This document shows, one piece after another, positions 8,161 to 12,317 of a stretch of 12,317 nucleotides of DNA. The position numbers were made by a program, and so were the translations under genes. Each line of letters starts with the position of its first letter. Positions within the stretch are counted from its first letter, which is position 1. The notes under the pieces were generated by a model that worked only from the letters and a program-made list of their open reading frames with translations, did no database searches and was not told the origin of the DNA. The DNA is from an uncultured archaeon (GTDB taxonomy: Archaea; Asgardarchaeota; Lokiarchaeia; Sigyniarchaeales; SOKP01), in the NCBI GenBank assembly GCA_964525635.1, contig CAZGJX010000111.1:1-12317 (forward strand), given 5' to 3'.

Positions 8161-9054
8161 TTAATCCAAATTTAAATGAATTTCATTTAAATTAAGGAAA
8201 GTATAAAATAATTCAATTCCTTTATCCTCTTTATTTAATTCTGCTTTATTGATTTCTTTTTTTAATCCTGTTTTTAAATATTCACATCTTTGAGTTAATC
8301 TAATAAAATTCTTAAAAGATAAATATTCAATCATTCCTAATTTTTCCAATCTTTCTAAATGGTAATTCAATTTATTAATATCTAAATTGAATTTATATGA
8401 TAAATGTTCTACTTTATATTTTACATATAGCTCACATTTAATAATTATAATAATTTCTTGTTTTAAGTCTTCAAATTCTGTTTTACTTATTGGAATAAAA
8501 TCTTCTTGATAGATTGAATTTATTATATCTAAAAAAATTTGAAATGTATTGTAGAAATATTCTCTTGTAATAGATGTTCCAAATATCTTTATACTAATAC
8601 CATTATTTGTATAATTACTTTTTAGGTAATTCTTAATTATTTTAATTTTTTCAGATAAATAAGAAGATTTGACCGTGTCAATTTTATGAAGAAATATAAT
8701 TATCTTACAATTTAAAAGAGAATTTAATTCTTTTTTAATTTTTATTATCTTTACTAAAAAGGAGATAATTTTTTCTGATGAATTATTTATATCAAAAACA
8801 CAAGTTATCACATGAGATTGATCAAATACATCTCTATCTTTTAAGAACCAATTTTTATTTTCTTGACCAGCTAAATCAAAAATTCCTAATTGAGAATTGA
8901 ATAGTAAAAAAATATTTGAATTTACTCCTCTTGTAGGTTCTAAAGAGGTATCTAATAATTTAATTGGATTTGCTTTCTGAAAAAATACTTTAGTAATTGT
9001 AGTTTTGCCAGTTGCAGGGGGTCCTATGAGTATAATTTTCTTTTTGTTTGCCAT
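8161..9054 (-). CDS. Rag/Arf-related small GTPase with C-terminal winged helix-turn-helix-like domain
   Basis: G1 GPPATGKTT, EPTRG, FDLAGQ, HKID, TSI. C-terminal VEHLSYKFNLDINKLNYHLERLEKLGMIEY...IRLT matches the ArsR/MarR/TrmB-type wHTH pattern. Confidence 0.88.
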   Translation of the reverse strand: MANKKKIILIGPPATGKTTITKVFFQKANPIKLLDTSLEPTRGVNSNIFLLFNSQLGIFDLAGQENKNWFLKDRDVFDQSHVITCVFDINNSSEKIISFLVKIIKIKKELNSLLNCKIIIFLHKIDTVKSSYLSEKIKIIKNYLKSNYTNNGISIKIFGTSITREYFYNTFQIFLDIINSIYQEDFIPISKTEFEDLKQEIIIIIKCELYVKYKVEHLSYKFNLDINKLNYHLERLEKLGMIEYLSFKNFIRLTQRCEYLKTGLKKEINKAELNKEDKGIELFYTFLNLNEIHLNLD

Positions 9055-9091
9055 TATGCCTTTTTTATAGTTAATTTTATTGTAATACTAA

Positions 9092-9772
9092 TTAACTACC
9101 TTGCAAAGAATTATGTAAATTCTTCTCAATAGTTTCAATGATATCATCACATGAATCAAGCATTATTTCAACATATTTAATAATGAGATCTTCAGATAAT
9201 TTTCCAGTTTTACTTTTTTCTTCTAAAATTAATTCACAAAATCCACGAATTGTATTAATTTCGCTCCTAATCTCCAGATTTGCAGATTCTAAAGGAATTA
9301 TTTCATTTTTGTCTAAATAAATTTTTTGAATTTCAATGAAGAAATTTTTAAAAATTGAATTATCATCCGTTAAAATGTTCTTTTCTCCCATTTTTCTGAA
9401 TAATGTTTCTATTCTCTGAAAATATATCGTAGGAATTAATGGATAATCAACATGCCTCAATATTATTATTGCATATAATTGTTTTTTACCTCGAGCAGCT
9501 TCATCTTTTATGTCTACTTTACATATCTGAGAATAAAACTTATCATAATTTAAAATAACAAATTTATTTTTTGTGTTTAAAGCATCTCTGAGTAAATTTC
9601 TTATAAATTGATCATCATCAATTTTTACAGGGGAAAAAATAGCTATGGGTCCTAATATATGGTCATATTTTCCAATTATTATAATAAAAGGATATTGTTC
9701 AATATAATCTTTAAATCCATTGTATGGATACATATAACTTTCCAAATTTTTTTTATTTAATTGATTTTCCAT
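9092..9772 (-). CDS. Putative folliculin/SMCR8-like longin (uDENN) domain fused to a His-less HisKA/DHp-like domain
   Basis: ATG 9772 (MENQLNKK) preferred over TTG 9835. Motifs FIIIIGKYDHILGPIAIFSP and IKDEAARGKKQLYAIIIL; the C-terminus ANLEIRSEINTIRGFCELILEE aligns with the neighbouring kinase H box MSHELRTPLNAIIGFTELLLEE. The CDS itself is secure; the domain calls are by eye. Confidence 0.72.
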   Translation of the reverse strand: MENQLNKKNLESYMYPYNGFKDYIEQYPFIIIIGKYDHILGPIAIFSPVKIDDDQFIRNLLRDALNTKNKFVILNYDKFYSQICKVDIKDEAARGKKQLYAIIILRHVDYPLIPTIYFQRIETLFRKMGEKNILTDDNSIFKNFFIEIQKIYLDKNEIIPLESANLEIRSEINTIRGFCELILEEKSKTGKLSEDLIIKYVEIMLDSCDDIIETIEKNLHNSLQGS

Positions 9773-9909
9773 TATTCTTTTTCTGAACAGTTCTCTTTTG
9801 GTTAGGTAGTTTTTAATTCTTAAAGAAATAACCAAATAAAATATAACAAATTTTATTAATATATTTTAGTGTTTAAAAAAAGACCTGACAATGATATCTA
9901 TTATGTATT

Positions 9910-9921
9910 AAAAAAAAAAAA
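9910..9921 (-). terminator. Possible archaeal oligo-U terminator (T12 on the minus strand)
   Basis: A12 run on the plus strand about 100 nt downstream of the 10024 stop. Homopolymers are common here, so support is weak. Confidence 0.25.
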
Positions 9922-10023
9922 CATCCAACGATATAAAAGAAATAAAAATTAATTACTTGAAAGGATCGGCCTATCTTTAATTCTCTGATAATTAAATTTT
10001 TTTTTTTTAGAATATTCAATTAA

Positions 10024-11439
10024 TTATCCAACTAGTCCTTTTTTAATAAATAAATCCTTTAATTCACTAATTATTTGTTGTCGTGCGTTTGCTCTATTTA
10101 TTTGTCTATTAGCGGTAGGCGGAGGTGTTTTACTTGGTGGAGGCGGATGTATAGATTTTGGTGGATTTAATCCCTCTAGTTCCTGTGTCTTGGGCGGGGC
10201 CATTGGTGGTTTCGCTAAATCAGGAGCTTCAATTGGTTTTGTTAATTCTACCATTCTTAATTGATCAACTAATGTAGTTTTAGTTTTATTTGGCAATTTA
10301 ATAGATGCCATTGGTTTTGGAACACCAACTTTTTTAGATACTTTTTGTTTTTTCTTTTTCTTCTTCTTTTTAGCTATATCATCAAATGACACTTTTTGAA
10401 ATGGAACCTCAAATAGTGATCCTGAAATCGTTGTTGGAAGAACTCTATATAATATTTTTTTGATATCAGAGAGATCTGAAGAAATTTTATCCATTAGTTG
10501 AAGATTTATATCTAATATCCTTTGTACTTTCCTATCAATTTCAGGTAATTTATCCTCCTTATCTTGTTCAATTTCTTTACTAAAAATATTCTTAATGCTT
10601 CTTGCAATTTCTGGTTCATTTGAATAAAAGTTATAAATACTTGTAGGTATAATTTCTACTATCCATGATTTTTCATGTTCTATAAATATATTTGTTACTT
10701 TTTCTGTAATATATTCTAATTTAATCTGATAATCTGGATCATTTACAAGATCAGAATCTGCTTTATTTAATAAAATTAAAATATATGGAAATTCATCTAA
10801 ATAACCCAAAATTTCAACTAAATCACTTAAGTATTTTAGTGCTATATCATATCTAACATCATCTTGAGAATCAATAACAAAAATTAGAACGTCTATTTGA
10901 ACAAAAAACCTTTCTGGTTCTTCAAGGTATTCATCGATATGATTTTTTTGTCCTCCTAAATCCCATAAAATTAAATTTAATTTTGATGATTTAAATTCTT
11001 CAACATTAACTCCAACGGTTGGTTCTAGATTTATCAAATCATTATAGTTATAATCATTAACTAATCTGTTTATTAAAGAAGTTTTACCTGCAAAATCCAA
11101 ACCAGCAACAACCACCTTCATTTTTTGTTCTTTTATATAAGTTTTTCTTTTATTCCATGCATTAGCTATTAATTTAGAAGCAATAAAGATTTTTTTTAAG
11201 GTTTTTTCCGAAATTATTGATTGCTCTAAAAAATTATCATATACTGATATATCAATAGAAGCGAAATCTCTAATGGTTTTAATATTATTTTTATTAAGAA
11301 ACACCAATTCTTCTTTTTCAATTCCTTTTAGTTTTTCAAGGGATAGATCTAACACGGTCTTGATATTATCTGGATAGTAATCTAATTCTAAAAATCGATC
11401 ACAAAAATATTTAATTATTGTTTTTGCAGAATCGGACAT
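10024..11439 (-). CDS. Arf-like small GTPase with N-terminal HhH-like domain and C-terminal coiled coil, poly-Lys, Pro-rich linker and terminal helix
   Basis: G1 GLDFAGKTS, EPTVGVN, WDLGGQ, NKAD, TSI; N-terminal LEKLKGIEKEELVFLNKNNIKTIRDFA; K8 run; PPMAPP/HPPPPSKTPPP; terminal ARQQIISELKDLF. Confidence 0.92.
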   Translation of the reverse strand: MSDSAKTIIKYFCDRFLELDYYPDNIKTVLDLSLEKLKGIEKEELVFLNKNNIKTIRDFASIDISVYDNFLEQSIISEKTLKKIFIASKLIANAWNKRKTYIKEQKMKVVVAGLDFAGKTSLINRLVNDYNYNDLINLEPTVGVNVEEFKSSKLNLILWDLGGQKNHIDEYLEEPERFFVQIDVLIFVIDSQDDVRYDIALKYLSDLVEILGYLDEFPYILILLNKADSDLVNDPDYQIKLEYITEKVTNIFIEHEKSWIVEIIPTSIYNFYSNEPEIARSIKNIFSKEIEQDKEDKLPEIDRKVQRILDINLQLMDKISSDLSDIKKILYRVLPTTISGSLFEVPFQKVSFDDIAKKKKKKKKQKVSKKVGVPKPMASIKLPNKTKTTLVDQLRMVELTKPIEAPDLAKPPMAPPKTQELEGLNPPKSIHPPPPSKTPPPTANRQINRANARQQIISELKDLFIKKGLVG

Positions 11440-11651
11440 TATTATATCATCTATTATAAATTTTTAAATTTGTCTGAAAAATAAATCAATTTTCAATTTT
11501 AATTAATGAGATTTTTATTTTTTCAAAATTTTTTTTTATAATAAATATCTACTAAAAGATTAAAGTTATATTAAAGAACTTTTTTTTTATTTTTACCAAT
11601 CGTTTATCAATAATTAAGCAATAAATGTTTGTTGATATAGAGTAGAGATCA

Positions 11652-12014
11652 ATGAAGAATGTATATATAGTTGAAGATGATTCAAAAAACATGAAATTAT
11701 ATAAGGCGATTTTAGGGCAATTTCCAGATCTAAAAATTTTTGAAGAAGTTGAAGGAGATTTAGGACTTGAACTTATAAAATCAGGAGATCCTGATTTGAT
11801 TATTTTAGATATTAGATTACCAAAAATGACCGGAATAGAAATTTGTCAGGAGTTAAGGAAGATTGAAAGGTTTAAAGATGTACCAATTATTGCTGTTACT
11901 GCATATGCTATGAAAGGTGATGAAGAACGCATTTTAGAAGCAGGATTTGATGCTTATATTACGAAACCAATTCGTGTTTTGGAATTTAAAAACAAAATTA
12001 AACATTATCTTTAG
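11652..12014 (+). CDS. Single-domain response regulator (CheY/DivK-like receiver), paralog of 1081-1449
   Basis: VEDD, DLIILDIRLP, AVTAYAMKGD, YITKP; about 81 of 119 aligned residues identical to the other receiver by manual count. Confidence 0.96.
   Translation: MKNVYIVEDDSKNMKLYKAILGQFPDLKIFEEVEGDLGLELIKSGDPDLIILDIRLPKMTGIEICQELRKIERFKDVPIIAVTAYAMKGDEERILEAGFDAYITKPIRVLEFKNKIKHYL
11778..11797. repeat. Intragenic palindrome AAATCAGGA-NN-TCCTGATTT (copy 2)
   Basis: Same palindrome at the equivalent codons (KSGDPDL) of the second receiver gene. Confidence 0.6.
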
Positions 12015-12055
12015 AATTAATTGCTATTTTAAAACTAAATGTAAATTATTTTTAA

Positions 12056-12317
12056 TTAGTTATTTATTCTCAGATCAGTTAGAATAGTAAGATGAAAATC
12101 ACTTCCCTTATCTATCTCACTTTTAACAGTTATTTGCCCTCCAAGTATATTTACTAGTTTTTGAGAGAGATATAAACCAAGTCCTGTCCCCCCATATTTT
12201 CTTGTTTCAGACATATCTAATTGCTGGAAAGGTTGAAACAATTTTCCTATATTTTCTTTTTCAATTCCAATTCCATTATCAATTATATGAACATGTAGCT
12301 TACTATGTATAACATAT
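12056..12317 (-). CDS. 3' end of a third histidine kinase (HATPase_c), truncated by the window edge
   Basis: The frame is open to the window edge: ...HVHIIDNGIGIEKENIGKLFQPFQQLDMSETRKYGGTGLGL... gives G1, F and G2 boxes. The tracked TTG 12241 is an internal codon. Confidence 0.92.
   Translation of the reverse strand, partial: YVIHSKLHVHIIDNGIGIEKENIGKLFQPFQQLDMSETRKYGGTGLGLYLSQKLVNILGGQITVKSEIDKGSDFHLTILTDLRINN

Noticed and set aside
9138-9320. 60-aa plus-strand ORF
   Set aside because: Antisense to the DHp-like region.
9909-10009. A12 and T12 tracts forming an apparent inverted repeat (MITE or hairpin)
   Set aside because: Homopolymer-only arms in very AT-rich DNA, with no target-site duplication or transposase.
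11440-11651. TATA/BRE-like elements in the divergent spacers (also 1450-1590)
   Set aside because: Promoters are expected here, but the AT content is too high to single out specific boxes.
1-12317. CRISPR arrays, tRNA/rRNA genes, mobile elements
   Set aside because: No spaced direct repeats, structured GC-rich RNA genes, or transposase/integrase motifs seen; the GC-richer patch near 10080-10230 is explained by proline codons.

Overview
Very AT-rich, gene-dense window whose content (several Arf-like and Rag/Gtr1-like small GTPases, longin and roadblock-like domains, soluble multi-PAS kinases) points to an Asgard archaeon, probably Lokiarchaeia; this assignment is inference. Every credible gene is a signalling gene. 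There are four small GTPases in two paralogous pairs, each with different accessory domains, interleaved with two complete multi-PAS histidine kinases, the 3' end of a third, and two DivK/CheY-like single-domain receivers. The most interesting gene is 9092-9772 (-). It appears to fuse a folliculin/SMCR8-like longin domain that keeps the 'D-x-x-A-R-G' arginine-finger motif to a His-less HisKA (DHp)-like helical hairpin, making it a candidate physical link between two-component signalling and a eukaryote-like GTPase/GAP switch. Also notable: a longin-RagGTPase-roadblock fusion, a GTPase-winged-helix fusion, an Arf-like GTPase with HhH, poly-Lys and poly-Pro segments, a kinase with a pseudo-receiver, and a kinase whose first PAS domain has no in-frame canonical start and needs a +1 shift at AAA-TAA. 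All domain calls come from reading motifs by eye; no searches were run.
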